A stretch of 64,000 nt of DNA. It comes from a virus (Duplodnaviria > Caudoviricetes). The position numbers were made by a program, and so were the translations under genes. Shown here in pieces: positions 37,682-48,200 of the stretch (positions are counted from its first letter, which is position 1; every line of letters starts with the position of its first letter). The notes below the pieces were generated by a model that ran no database searches, was not told the origin of the DNA, and saw only the letters and a program-made list of their open reading frames with translations. The stretch covers positions 32,001 through 96,000 of the IMG/VR virus record IMGVR_UViG_3300022923_000005; one strand, written 5' to 3'.

Positions 37682-38273
37682 TTACTTCCTCTTGGTCTAC
37701 ATTAAAGTTAATACTAATTCTCACTTCATCTGAATTATTTACTTCAGTATAGTGTTTAATGTGTGCAGGAAAGAGTATTAAATCTTCTTCACTAACATAT
37801 AATGTATGTCGCATATCATTTATTTTTCCTGCTTCAGAGTACGGATAATAATGTTGAGCATATTCGTTAGGATTAACAAATACAATATTACCTGCATCGC
37901 TATCATATTTTAAATAGTAACATCCTGCTAGTACGTGTGTACTGTGAGAATGTTCTAAAGTATAATCACCTTTATTATGTATGTTTGCCCACATAGATGC
38001 AATCTTAGGACGACAGCCTGGACTAAACCCTGCATTGTTCCAGTAATGTAAAAGGTGCTTGTATATTTCTGTTACTAGCGGTAAAAACAATTCTTCATTT
38101 TGTAAATCTCTATTTACAGAATGTGTGCTTTTGCCACCTGCTTCTAATGCGTGATTAGAATCTTTTACAGAATCAAATAAAGTCAATAAAAAGTCAAGTA
38201 TTTTGGACTTTTCATTTTCTTCTAATTTTACTTCTGTTTTATAGGTACGAACAGGGAACATATCTAATAGCAT
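37674..38273 (-). CDS. Putative Fe(II)/2OG oxygenase (HxH, TIGR02466-like)
   Basis: MWAN, HSH...AGCYY, LFPAHIKH and RISINFN motifs. Confidence 0.82.
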   Translation of the reverse strand: MLLDMFPVRTYKTEVKLEENEKSKILDFLLTLFDSVKDSNHALEAGGKSTHSVNRDLQNEELFLPLVTEIYKHLLHYWNNAGFSPGCRPKIASMWANIHNKGDYTLEHSHSTHVLAGCYYLKYDSDAGNIVFVNPNEYAQHYYPYSEAGKINDMRHTLYVSEEDLILFPAHIKHYTEVNNSDEVRISINFNVDQEEVND

Positions 38274-38317
38274 ATTATTACTTATTTAGATACAGTTCCC
38301 TGTACTTTATTAGTGAT

Positions 38318-38779
38318 TTAGTCTGAAATCTTTTTACCGATTGTTTTAACTAAATTTGGTACTTCTCTATTAACAGTATCTGTCCAAGCAGGTGATTCTT
38401 CTGTACCCCAATTAATAGTAACACGAGAAGCTCTCATTTCACGTGCTTCTTCACTATTTGGTCCTGGTACAGTATTTTTCACTGCTGCAATGTGATCTTG
38501 CCAATTTGTTGTTCCATTTTGCATATCTTTAAACAACATATCAAGTTGCTCACCGATATCACCGTATGCGTTTCTTCTTAAAACACTGTATGATGGTGGT
38601 GCTTGAACATTTTGTTCCCACACACCGTTATGTAAAATCCAAGTATCATTAATATCATCAGATGCACAAGTTGTCCATCTTACTTTTGCGTCCGGACCTT
38701 CGTAAACTTCGAATTCTTCGCCCGGCTCGCAGATATGTTGAATACCACCTTGGAAATCTACTAATACACTTTTAGCCAT
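38318..38779 (-). CDS. Fibre-associated protein (possible chaperone/adaptor)
   Basis: R..AY..I.EQLDML..D....W..HI..VK motif, as seen next to marine phage fibre genes; follows the Gly-rich trio. Confidence 0.55.
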   Translation of the reverse strand: MAKSVLVDFQGGIQHICEPGEEFEVYEGPDAKVRWTTCASDDINDTWILHNGVWEQNVQAPPSYSVLRRNAYGDIGEQLDMLFKDMQNGTTNWQDHIAAVKNTVPGPNSEEAREMRASRVTINWGTEESPAWTDTVNREVPNLVKTIGKKISD

Positions 38780-38791
38780 AATTTATTACTC

Positions 38792-39709
38792 CTATTTGTA
38801 GTTCCATACTATGCAGATGCCTCTTCGGCCCGTTCCGCCACGTCTTCTACCACGTGGTGCACCAACTCCACCACTACCTGGTGATGCTTGGCCTTCACGT
38901 TGTGATGGTTGTGGGCCACTATCGTGAACACCAATACTAGAACCACCAAAATATGAACTGCCTCCTAAACCTCCTCCGTGGTGTGTATGTCCGCGTCCTC
39001 CGCCTCCATACTGGTTTAGGTTTCCACCGGATCCAACTCCGGGACGTCCACCTGAGTGTCCGCCAACACGTCTTGCTCCTTCGCCACCACTTGCTGATAG
39101 ATAAGGACCAAAACTACTTGAACCACCGTTACCCGCTGAGTTGTGATAGTTTACACCACCACCTCCACCGTTAAGTGTAACGGAAACTGATGAAATACCT
39201 GTTACGTCAATTACTTCTTCTGCGTAACCGCCAGCACCTCCGGATTCACCGTGGCCTGTTCCACCGCCACCTGCTCCGCAGATCTGTACTCTAATTCTTT
39301 GTACGCCGGCCGGTCTGTTCCAAGTAGAATTACTTGTATAATAGTTAACACTTACTAAGTCTCCATAAGTGTAATCATAACCGTTTCCTGCGTCATTAAT
39401 TTTTAAAACTTGGTTAGCAGCACCTAAACTAGATTTACCTGTACCACCACCTGATGGTGCTAGTGAACCTGTAACTGCTGCTCCTGTTAAATCAACACTA
39501 CCTGCTGCAAATTTTGCTGCTGATAATCCGTTTGCTGGATCAATCTTAGCACCTGTTACTGCTCCGTCTGCAATGTTATCTGTGTCAATTGAAGAATCAA
39601 TAATTTTGTTTCTGTTAATTTGTCCTGAGCCAATGTCTGCTGCACCAATAGTACCGTCAACAATACCAGCACCTGTAATTTTCTTTAGTCCTTCGTAACT
39701 TATTGCCAT
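38792..39709 (-). CDS. Glycine-rich fibre/adhesin-like protein (paralogue 3)
   Basis: I.DG..T..K repeats, then W..P.GV..IRVQ..G.GGGG and a polyglycine domain. Confidence 0.75.
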   Translation of the reverse strand: MAISYEGLKKITGAGIVDGTIGAADIGSGQINRNKIIDSSIDTDNIADGAVTGAKIDPANGLSAAKFAAGSVDLTGAAVTGSLAPSGGGTGKSSLGAANQVLKINDAGNGYDYTYGDLVSVNYYTSNSTWNRPAGVQRIRVQICGAGGGGTGHGESGGAGGYAEEVIDVTGISSVSVTLNGGGGGVNYHNSAGNGGSSSFGPYLSASGGEGARRVGGHSGGRPGVGSGGNLNQYGGGGRGHTHHGGGLGGSSYFGGSSIGVHDSGPQPSQREGQASPGSGGVGAPRGRRRGGTGRRGICIVWNYK

Positions 39710-39710
39710 A

Positions 39711-40625
39711 CTATCTGTACTCCCAAACCACTACCATTCCAGAACGTCCTGTACCACCTCTTCTTCTACCTCGAGGAGCACCTGTTCCGCCTGTTCCTTG
39801 TGATGCTTGTCCTTCACGTTGTGATACTTGAGGACCACTGTCGTGAACTCCAATACTTGATCCACCAAAATAACCATTACCGCCAGCGCCGCCACCGTGG
39901 TGTGTATGACCTGCACCGCCTCCACCGTAAATGTTTAAATTACCTCCTGAACCAATACCTGGGCGTCCACCTGAGTGTCCACCTACTCGTCTAGCACCTT
40001 CTCCGCCTGACGCACTTAAATATGGTCCAAATGATGTTGTTCCGCCATTACCAGCACTGTTATGGTAGTTTACACCACCTCCACCACCGCCAATGGAAAT
40101 ACTTACTGAACTAATACTTGATACATTTAGATATTCTTCTGCATATCCACCTGATCCGCCTGCTTCTCCGTGACCTGTTCCGCCACCTCCGCCGCCGATT
40201 ACTTGTACTCTAATTCTTGTTACACCTGATGGTTTACTCCAAGTTGTGTTACTTGTGTAAACTCTACAAGCACTTAAACCTGTTTCGCCTGTAGTTGGAT
40301 TACCACTACCGTCTGTTTTAATATTTCTTCTAGCAGATCCGCCGCTGTATGCTAAACCAGTACCACCTTTTGATCCTGAAAGAGCTCCGCCTACTTTACT
40401 TCCTGCTAAGTCAATACTATTATTACCTAATTTACTTGCTGTAATTGCACCGTCTGCAACATCACCTGTTGGAATACTTGCGTTTGCAAGTTTGGCTTCT
40501 GTAATTGCTCCAGTATCAAATTTTGGAGTATCAATTGTTGTTCCTGCAACGTCATTTGCAACAATAGTTGTATCAACTAGGCCTTCGCCTGTAATTTTTT
40601 GTAATCCTTCGTAACTAAATGCCAT
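39711..40625 (-). CDS. Glycine-rich fibre/adhesin-like protein (paralogue 2; start revised to 40625)
   Basis: MAFSYEGLQKIT aligns with the N-termini of both neighbours; same domain layout. Confidence 0.75.
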   Translation of the reverse strand: MAFSYEGLQKITGEGLVDTTIVANDVAGTTIDTPKFDTGAITEAKLANASIPTGDVADGAITASKLGNNSIDLAGSKVGGALSGSKGGTGLAYSGGSARRNIKTDGSGNPTTGETGLSACRVYTSNTTWSKPSGVTRIRVQVIGGGGGGTGHGEAGGSGGYAEEYLNVSSISSVSISIGGGGGGVNYHNSAGNGGTTSFGPYLSASGGEGARRVGGHSGGRPGIGSGGNLNIYGGGGAGHTHHGGGAGGNGYFGGSSIGVHDSGPQVSQREGQASQGTGGTGAPRGRRRGGTGRSGMVVVWEYR

Positions 40626-41536
40626 TATCTTAAACTCCAAACAACTACCATACCGGATTTTCCACTTGCACCTCTTCTACGTGCTTGTGGTGCGCCAACA
40701 CCACCACTTCCGGGTGCTGCTTGACCTTCACGCTGTGATGGTTGCGGTCCACTATCGTGAACTCCAATGTTTCCTCCACCGAAATAACTAGTACCTCCGT
40801 GTCCTCCACCGTGGTGCGTATGGCCTGCGCCACCGCCTCCGTACATATTAATATTACCACTTGATCCAATGCCTGGTCGTCCGCCTGTGTGTCCACCAAC
40901 ACGTCTTGCACCTTCGCCACCACTTGCTGATAAGTAAGGACCAAAACTTGATGTTCCTCCATTACCTGCTTGGTTGTGATAGTTAACGCCGCCGCCTTGT
41001 CCGCCAATTGTTACACTAACTGAACTTACGCCTGTTACATCAATGATTTCTTCTGAGTAACCACCTGCGCCACCTGCTTCTCCGTGACCTGAACCACCTG
41101 CACCTCCACCAACTACTTGTACTCTTACTCTAGTACAGCCTGTTGGTTTACTCCAAGTACTGTTTCCTGTGTACACATTACACTGAATAAGTCCACTAAA
41201 TCCCCATTCAAGTGCATTACCTGAATTGTTTACCATTAAAGTTCTATCAGCAGTTGTCGAAGTTAATGCCGTACCACCGTTGGCAACAGGTAATGTACCG
41301 GTCGGTATGCTGCCTGATAAACTAACTGCACCGTCTGCGATAGCAGTTTCAGTAATACTAGTATCACCTATTTTATCAGCAGTAATGTTTGCTGCATTAA
41401 TTTTATCACCTGTAATATCTCCTGCTGCTACTGATGCTGCGTTAACTGCACCTCCAGCAAAATCATCACCTGTTAATGATGCATCAACAATACCTTCATT
41501 TGTAATCTTCTTAACACTGTTATAATTAAATGGCAT
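40625..41536 (-). CDS. Glycine-rich fibre/adhesin-like protein (paralogue 1)
   Basis: Same layout as the two downstream genes; SD AGGAG. Confidence 0.75.
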   Translation of the reverse strand: MPFNYNSVKKITNEGIVDASLTGDDFAGGAVNAASVAAGDITGDKINAANITADKIGDTSITETAIADGAVSLSGSIPTGTLPVANGGTALTSTTADRTLMVNNSGNALEWGFSGLIQCNVYTGNSTWSKPTGCTRVRVQVVGGGAGGSGHGEAGGAGGYSEEIIDVTGVSSVSVTIGGQGGGVNYHNQAGNGGTSSFGPYLSASGGEGARRVGGHTGGRPGIGSSGNINMYGGGGAGHTHHGGGHGGTSYFGGGNIGVHDSGPQPSQREGQAAPGSGGVGAPQARRRGASGKSGMVVVWSLR

Positions 41537-41551
41537 TTACAAATTCTCCTA

Positions 41552-41893
41552 TTAAATCGCCTCTACAAGCCAGCCACTTGCTGTACCTGAATAAACTAAT
41601 GTAAAAGCCGCACCCTCTGTACTCACTGTCATAGTATCTGCATTACGCATAATCTTATGTGACCCAGGATCAACTGTTAAGTTGTTTGTTTGAAACGATC
41701 CATTTACATCAAAAATCTTAATGATGTCTCCTACGAAAGGGTTACCTGGTAGGTCTAATGTTGCTACACCTGACGAAGTATCTACAAAATAAATTTTGTT
41801 TGCTTCAATTGCTTGGCTAGCATTAATCGATTCCTGAGCGAAGAGTGAGGGAGGTACAACTCCTCTTGGATTTGCTTTAACTTCTCTTCCCAT
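41552..41893 (-). CDS. Small virion structural protein
   Basis: YFVDTS....LP..P.VGD.I...D..G.F..NNLTV...GW repeat unit, typical of T4-like fibre/baseplate proteins. Confidence 0.65.
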   Translation of the reverse strand: MGREVKANPRGVVPPSLFAQESINASQAIEANKIYFVDTSSGVATLDLPGNPFVGDIIKIFDVNGSFQTNNLTVDPGSHKIMRNADTMTVSTEGAAFTLVYSGTASGWLVEAI

Positions 41894-41907
41894 CTTTTCT
41901 CTCCTCG

Positions 41908-42228
41908 TTATACTGTTGCTGTTTCAATGCCGTATGCTACTGCACTGACGTTAATTGTGTCAGAACGTACAACTAAAACTTTGTTAGCGTCCATTACAAT
42001 ACCTGTACGCTCAATAACTGAATTACCAACTAACTCTGAATCAAATTCAATAAATTCATCATTTGCTGGTGTTGCACTTGCGGACACCGCCACTCTAATT
42101 TTTGCCGAACTAGCATTCCTATTACATACAGACAGTGTAATTACACTAAAAGTATCTGCTGGAACAGTGTACAGAGTAGTATCTGTAGCCGCTGCTAGAT
42201 CTGCTGTTCCTAATCTTCCTGTTGCCAT
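41908..42228 (-). CDS. Small beta-sandwich virion protein
   Basis: LYTVP....V..SVCN...IE.D......ER.GIV; similar to 55758..56090 and 59870..60247. Confidence 0.65.
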   Translation of the reverse strand: MATGRLGTADLAAATDTTLYTVPADTFSVITLSVCNRNASSAKIRVAVSASATPANDEFIEFDSELVGNSVIERTGIVMDANKVLVVRSDTINVSAVAYGIETATV

Positions 42229-42250
42229 TTTACATTTTCTCCATTATGTT

Positions 42251-45200
42251 TTATGTTAAGAAGTAACTCCACGCTACTGGTAAACCACGCACACCGCCTT
42301 TAAAGTTCATATTTGCATCAACATTAATTGCCTGTTGTGTTGTAGTTGTTATAGCATCAGCAGCAATGTATATGAAACCTGCTGTAACACTATTTACGTT
42401 TAGTGATGCACCACCACCACCAATTTGTGAACTAATGTACGCTTTAATTGCTCTCTGCGTAGGTACAACACTATCACTATCTGCTGTAAAGAATGGATCT
42501 GTACTAAATTCGTCAATACTTGCTGATCCACCACCTAGTGTAACTTCACCCAGTGATAGTTCTTGTAGTCCTGCAATGTTAAATGCATCTGCATTCAATG
42601 TTGCAACACCAGTTGATTGTTCAATACTAAACAAGTCACCAACTCTAAAGTTACCGTCTTGGTCAGTAGCAGTGAAGAACACTCTACCACCATTACGCTC
42701 TCTAGTTTCATTGGACTGTATTGGATCCTGTAAAGGATCATTTGGATAGTTTGTTTCTGTAAACGATCCAGTACCAATGTCTAGGAAGTCGTGTCCTGTT
42801 AGACGTACTTGTGAGTATCTAATTCTTGTAGTAACACTTGTACCGTGCGGTGGAACATTAATAACTTTCATTTCTGGTGATATCTGTAAGAAACAAGTTA
42901 ATGCACCATCGTTTGATCCAAGTAGTGTAACAATGTTAACCAACTTGAATGTTTCGTTTGGTAAGTGTCCAAATACAATATTTGATCCTGTTGGCGGAAG
43001 TGAACTTAATTGTCTAATTGCAATAAAGTTTCCGCTTTGGAAGAAGTCTGCATAACCATTACCGCCTACTAAGTCAGCACTTGCTGAAACGTATCCTGTA
43101 CCTCTACTTCTTAATGAAGGAGTAGCAAGTACACCGCTTCCTGTTCTAACTTCGAATGGTAATGCATAAATCTCACTTGGATCTGTAATTGTCATTGTAG
43201 GTGCAGTATCATATCCTGAACCTGGTTCAGTAATACGAACTTCAAAGATTTTATTCTGAGCTACTCCAGCTCTACCTTTTGTAGTTGCACCTGTTTTAAT
43301 TCTGTATACACCGTCGCCTGTATCTGTATCAATAATTGTCCAGTAACCTACACGCTGATGTGTACCAAATGCTACAGCACTAAATCCGTTTGATGTAACA
43401 TCTCCAGATCCAACACCTTGCCAAGTAAAGTTAAAGCCATCTTGTGACATAGCAACGTATGAATAACCTTCGCCATCTTCACCTGTTTTGTATGCAGTAA
43501 TCATAAACTGACCTTGGCCGTATGCAATTTTCTGCAATCCTGCTGGTGTAGTTGAGTCTGGTGAACTAATATCTTTGGATTTCCAAGTTGCACCTTTATC
43601 AATACTAACTGCAATTGTGCTGCTGTCTGTTGCTGTTGCAACAAAGTGGTTTTGACCAAATGCTATACTTGACCAAGCACTTGCTCCTGGTAAAGTAGTT
43701 ACATCTACCCAGTTAAGTCCTGCGTCAACACTGTAAGCAGCAGTTGTTGTACCTGATTTAACTGCAATCATTGTACCTTGTCCTGCTGTAATTGCAGTAA
43801 AGCCTGTGCTGTTTAAAGTTCCTGTTACGTCCCAAACTTCACCGTCTAATGAAATCGCTACAGTTGTACTATCACTTGCAATTGCAATAAATCTTTGGTT
43901 GTAATTATCGTATGTTACGTCAATCCAACTTGCACTTGCTGGTAAACTAGTTGCTGTCCAAGTAATACCGTCTGCTGAGTAAGCAGCATTTGATGTTCCT
44001 GAAGCAACTGCAACTATTCTAGCAACCTTAGCAATGGATGATCCATCGTCAATTTTACCTGATGCCATTGCAGTCCAGTTAGAAGCACTTGGTAATGTTA
44101 CTCCACTCCAAGTTTTACCGTCAACGCTTCTTGCGCCGCCTGCACTACCTGTTTGTGCTGCAACAAATGCACCTGCTCTACCGTAACCTGCTGTGTCAAC
44201 TTCAAGGATTTCTCCTGTTGCACTATTAATTGCTGTTACTGTTAATGTAATATCGTTAACACCGTCAACACCACCTAACTGTGATCCTGTAATTGTTAAG
44301 TCTTCAAGTCTAGTATAACCAGTACCGCCTGATACAACACTAACTGAGTACTTCCATCCGTTTCTAATTACTTGGAAGGACGCACTTGTACCAGTGCCGC
44401 CTGTTGCTGTCGGTAAGTAAACATCAGCAGTTTCAATAAATTGTGCTGTTGTCCAAGTACCTGAACTTGGCATTGTACTAACTTCTGTTCCAAATCCTGG
44501 ATCGCTAAACTGTATTCTAGGTTCAACAATGTATGTTGAAGAAGCATCTGGTGCTTGAATTGTAGTACCTGCTACAATGTGATCCCAGCCACTCGCGCCA
44601 TCGCTTTCTCTAATTACTGCTGCAAGTTTTGTACCTGCATTGTATGCACTAATTAAACCAAACTGTCCAACACCTGCACCGCCTGTAACATATACTTTCA
44701 TTCCAACATATGCTGAGCTAATTTCTGCATCAGTTGCTGCAAGTGTAATTGCACTTGTAGTACCACCCTGTGCTGTGTTAGCGTTACTTACGTAACCAAA
44801 TCCACCAAAGTTACCAACTACTTCTGGAGCATTAGCACTATCGTCTACGTTGTCTTGTAAGAAAACACTGTGTACAGCGTTATCTCTAAACTCGTCAACA
44901 ATTGCTGCTGCGCCTGTACCAGCACCTGAAATTAGGAACTCGCCTTCTTCGTAGTCAATACCAGCATTTTCAAATTCAAATGCGTAAACTTCTTCTGCAT
45001 TGTCTGTTGTAACGTCTTTAACTGTTGCTTCATACTGGAATTTGTTATCTACTATAGCAGTTTGTGGTGTTTCTGAACCATCAAAGCCTTCTGCTACTGA
45101 ACCAAAGTCACCGTATGAGTTGTTACCATTTGTACCTCTAATTCTTCCACCTTCAGTTGACAAGTAACCAATGTGTGAGTAGTAAGTAAACACTGATACA

Positions 45201-48200
45201 AGCTCTGCTCTACCATTGTTTGCTACCCAAGCACCAATACCGTCGGATATAACCTGTGTAAAGTCGTTGGATACAATCGAATCGTTACCACCGTTGTGTA
45301 AAGCACCATCAATCTTTTGACCGATACCACCGTTACCAAACGTTGTATTGTTTTGTACATATGGAGAACGTTCTGTAATCCATACTCTGTAATCTTCTGG
45401 ACCCCAACCTGGATCAAGTGAACAATAAGCACCACCTGATACACGACTTGTTCCGTAAGTATTTGGAGCAAGTAAGTCACCATTCATACCTTTTAATGTT
45501 TGGTTTCTAATACCTGTACCGTTACGCAAGTAGTATAAGTCTTCTTCTTGTGATCCGTTTACAGCATTACCATAGTATCTTGCACATAGTAATGTTTTGT
45601 AGTTACCTGGATATGAAATATCATAAATTAATGCTTCTAATATTTCTCCAATGTCTCTTTCACAAGATGCACTGTTGTATACTAACTTAACAGTTGCTGA
45701 ACCTGTGTCATCTACCATTACTCTAGCAGTACCATTTCTTTCATTTGAAATAGTAAACTTAGTTGCACTTAAAATGTTTTGTACATAGTAAGTTACACCT
45801 GCTTTAATACCATCTGATTCATCAGCAAGTGACGGAGCACCAACAATTGTTCCTTCGAATTGAATTGCTGTGTTTCTCTGTAACCAACTTGTACTACCAA
45901 TTGTAATACTGTTGTCTGATGCTGTTGTTGCTGTAACAGTTTCTTTGTAAGTATCTGCAATGTATGCTGTTGATTCTGCAACAATAAAGTCTTTGTTTCT
46001 TAAAATCTGTGTAGCAGCGTGATGTACATTTCTGTAATCTGATACACATCTACTGCCTTCAGTTGATCCACTGTAAATCACATCAAGTAAATCTTCCATC
46101 AATGTTTCAATACGTGCTTCTGCTGTTGCATCACCTGCAACACCATCCATATAAGTTTTTAAGAAATCAAATGCAGCAATAGTTGCTGTTTTTTGACCTT
46201 TATCATATACATCACTTGCAGTACTTCTTAAGTAAGCGTATGCTGCTTTAAGTGTTTTGTGATTACTGTTAAACATAAAGTCAAACATTACTGCTTCAGA
46301 AATTAATCTAGCATCACGTTTACACTTGTCAGTGTCATATGTTAAACTTGGATAAGTTGCTGCTAAGAAGTTGCTCATAGCAGTAACCATTGTTTCTTGT
46401 GCAGCATCTACGTTTTGTGCTGCTGTAATTAATGCAGTAGTAGTTGAAACAGCATTTGTTGCTGCTGGTTCTTGTACAACGTCTGCAATGATTGCTAAAC
46501 CGCTACCATCACTTAAACTTGCTGCACTGCCATTAAACACTGTTGATACAGTTAATGTCGCTGCTGCTGGAGTACTAACTACCCAATATTTTTGTCCTGC
46601 TGTTAAACCATTACCAGTTGTTCTAGGTGTAAACGAATCTCCTGTGCTTAAACCGTGTGCTGATGCAGTAGTAATTACGTTTGATGCAATGCTACTTACA
46701 CTTACACTTGGTGCACTAGTTGTTGCGCCACCACTAATTAAGTCAATAATAATATTCATTAACTCAACAACTCTGTCTTTTGCTGCTGTAGACGCTGCTG
46801 TACCAAATTTAAATTGTGCTACAGTAGATTGTCTTGATGTAGCAGTTTGATCTAGCACAATATTTGCTAAATGATCACGCATAAATTGATATGCTGCTAC
46901 AGTCGCAGTAGGTTCACTTGAATCTGCTCCAAAGTTACCAGCGTATGGTCCGCCAGGTCCATCATAGTATGCTAAACCAGCTCTAATTGCTTGACTGTTA
47001 CCGCCATATGTCATATCATATGTAAGTGCGTCAATCAAATAACCAACATCTTGTTTACATTTTGTTCTGCTGTATTTTAATAATGGATATTCAGCAGTAA
47101 TAAATGCTGTAACTTCTTCTTGTAAGTATTTTTTGTTTTCAACAAGTTGTGTTCTTGCATTTCCATAACCAACCAAGTAACTAGTGTTGTAACCTGTTGG
47201 GTCTGTTCTGAAACTGTGTGCAAAATTACCAACTCTAAAATCACTTTGTTGAATTAATGCACCCATTAATCTATCAACAAAGTTCTTTTCTGGTGTATCA
47301 GCAAATGGTACTGCAATGCTTTGTGATTCTGCATTACCTGTTGTAGGAGTTACAGTTGCTCCTGTAACCACACTTTGTATCACACCGTTTAAGTGTTTGT
47401 ATGTTTCGATAGAATATTTTGCATCTGTAGTATGAGTTGTACCAGTATCCATAGTTACTGTAGTTGAACGTACTTCTTCACCAATTACACAAGTATTTTC
47501 TGGAACCATAATTGGTCCTACTTCAGTGTATAAACCTGTTTTTACTTTTACAAGTGAGTTAGGCATATATCTAGCAGGTACTCTTGAAGCATCTTCATCT
47601 TCAAGTGCATTCAATACAATAGTAATAAGTGCAGTTGACTTTGTCAAAACACCTGATTCTGCTGCAATTGTAGCATCTTTGTGTTGTGCAACAACTGAAG
47701 TTGAATTATCACCGTTTGTAGTTTGATAATTTACTGCTGGATCTGTTTGTGCAAAAACGTGTCCTACAACTGTAAGCATATATTGGAATGCAGCAATGTG
47801 CTGATCTTTTTGATCACCTAAAAGTGGATTCGCTACAGATTCTGACTCGCTTAATGCTCCGACATAACTGTTAGCAGCACCTCTTGACTTAACGTTACCG
47901 CCATTACCAAGGTCATAAACTAGTGCATCAACAAGGAAGCCTGTATCTCTTTCACACTTTACATCATCATATGTAAAGTTATACCAAATGCTTGTAGCAT
48001 CTGGTGCTGTATTTGTAAAGTATTCAATTTGATAGTCAATCCATTCTTGAACTTCTCTTTGAATGAAGTGTCTATTCTTTCTTAATAAATCTTTTGCATT
48101 AGGGTTTAAAGCACCTTGATCAATTTGATGACAAGCATAACGTATACTTGCAAATGGTTTATCAACTGTTCCACCTGCTAATGGATATGGTTTATCTTGT

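Noticed and set aside
26436-38273. Fe/2OG halogenases among the oxygenase genes
   Set aside because: None shows the HxA/HxG substitution diagnostic of Fe/2OG halogenases; all are HxD or HxH.
38792-41536. Possible diversity-generating retroelement or invertible cassette among the three similar Gly-rich genes
   Set aside because: No reverse transcriptase or invertase in the window; all three copies are intact co-oriented genes, and the differences look mostly synonymous rather than adenine-specific.
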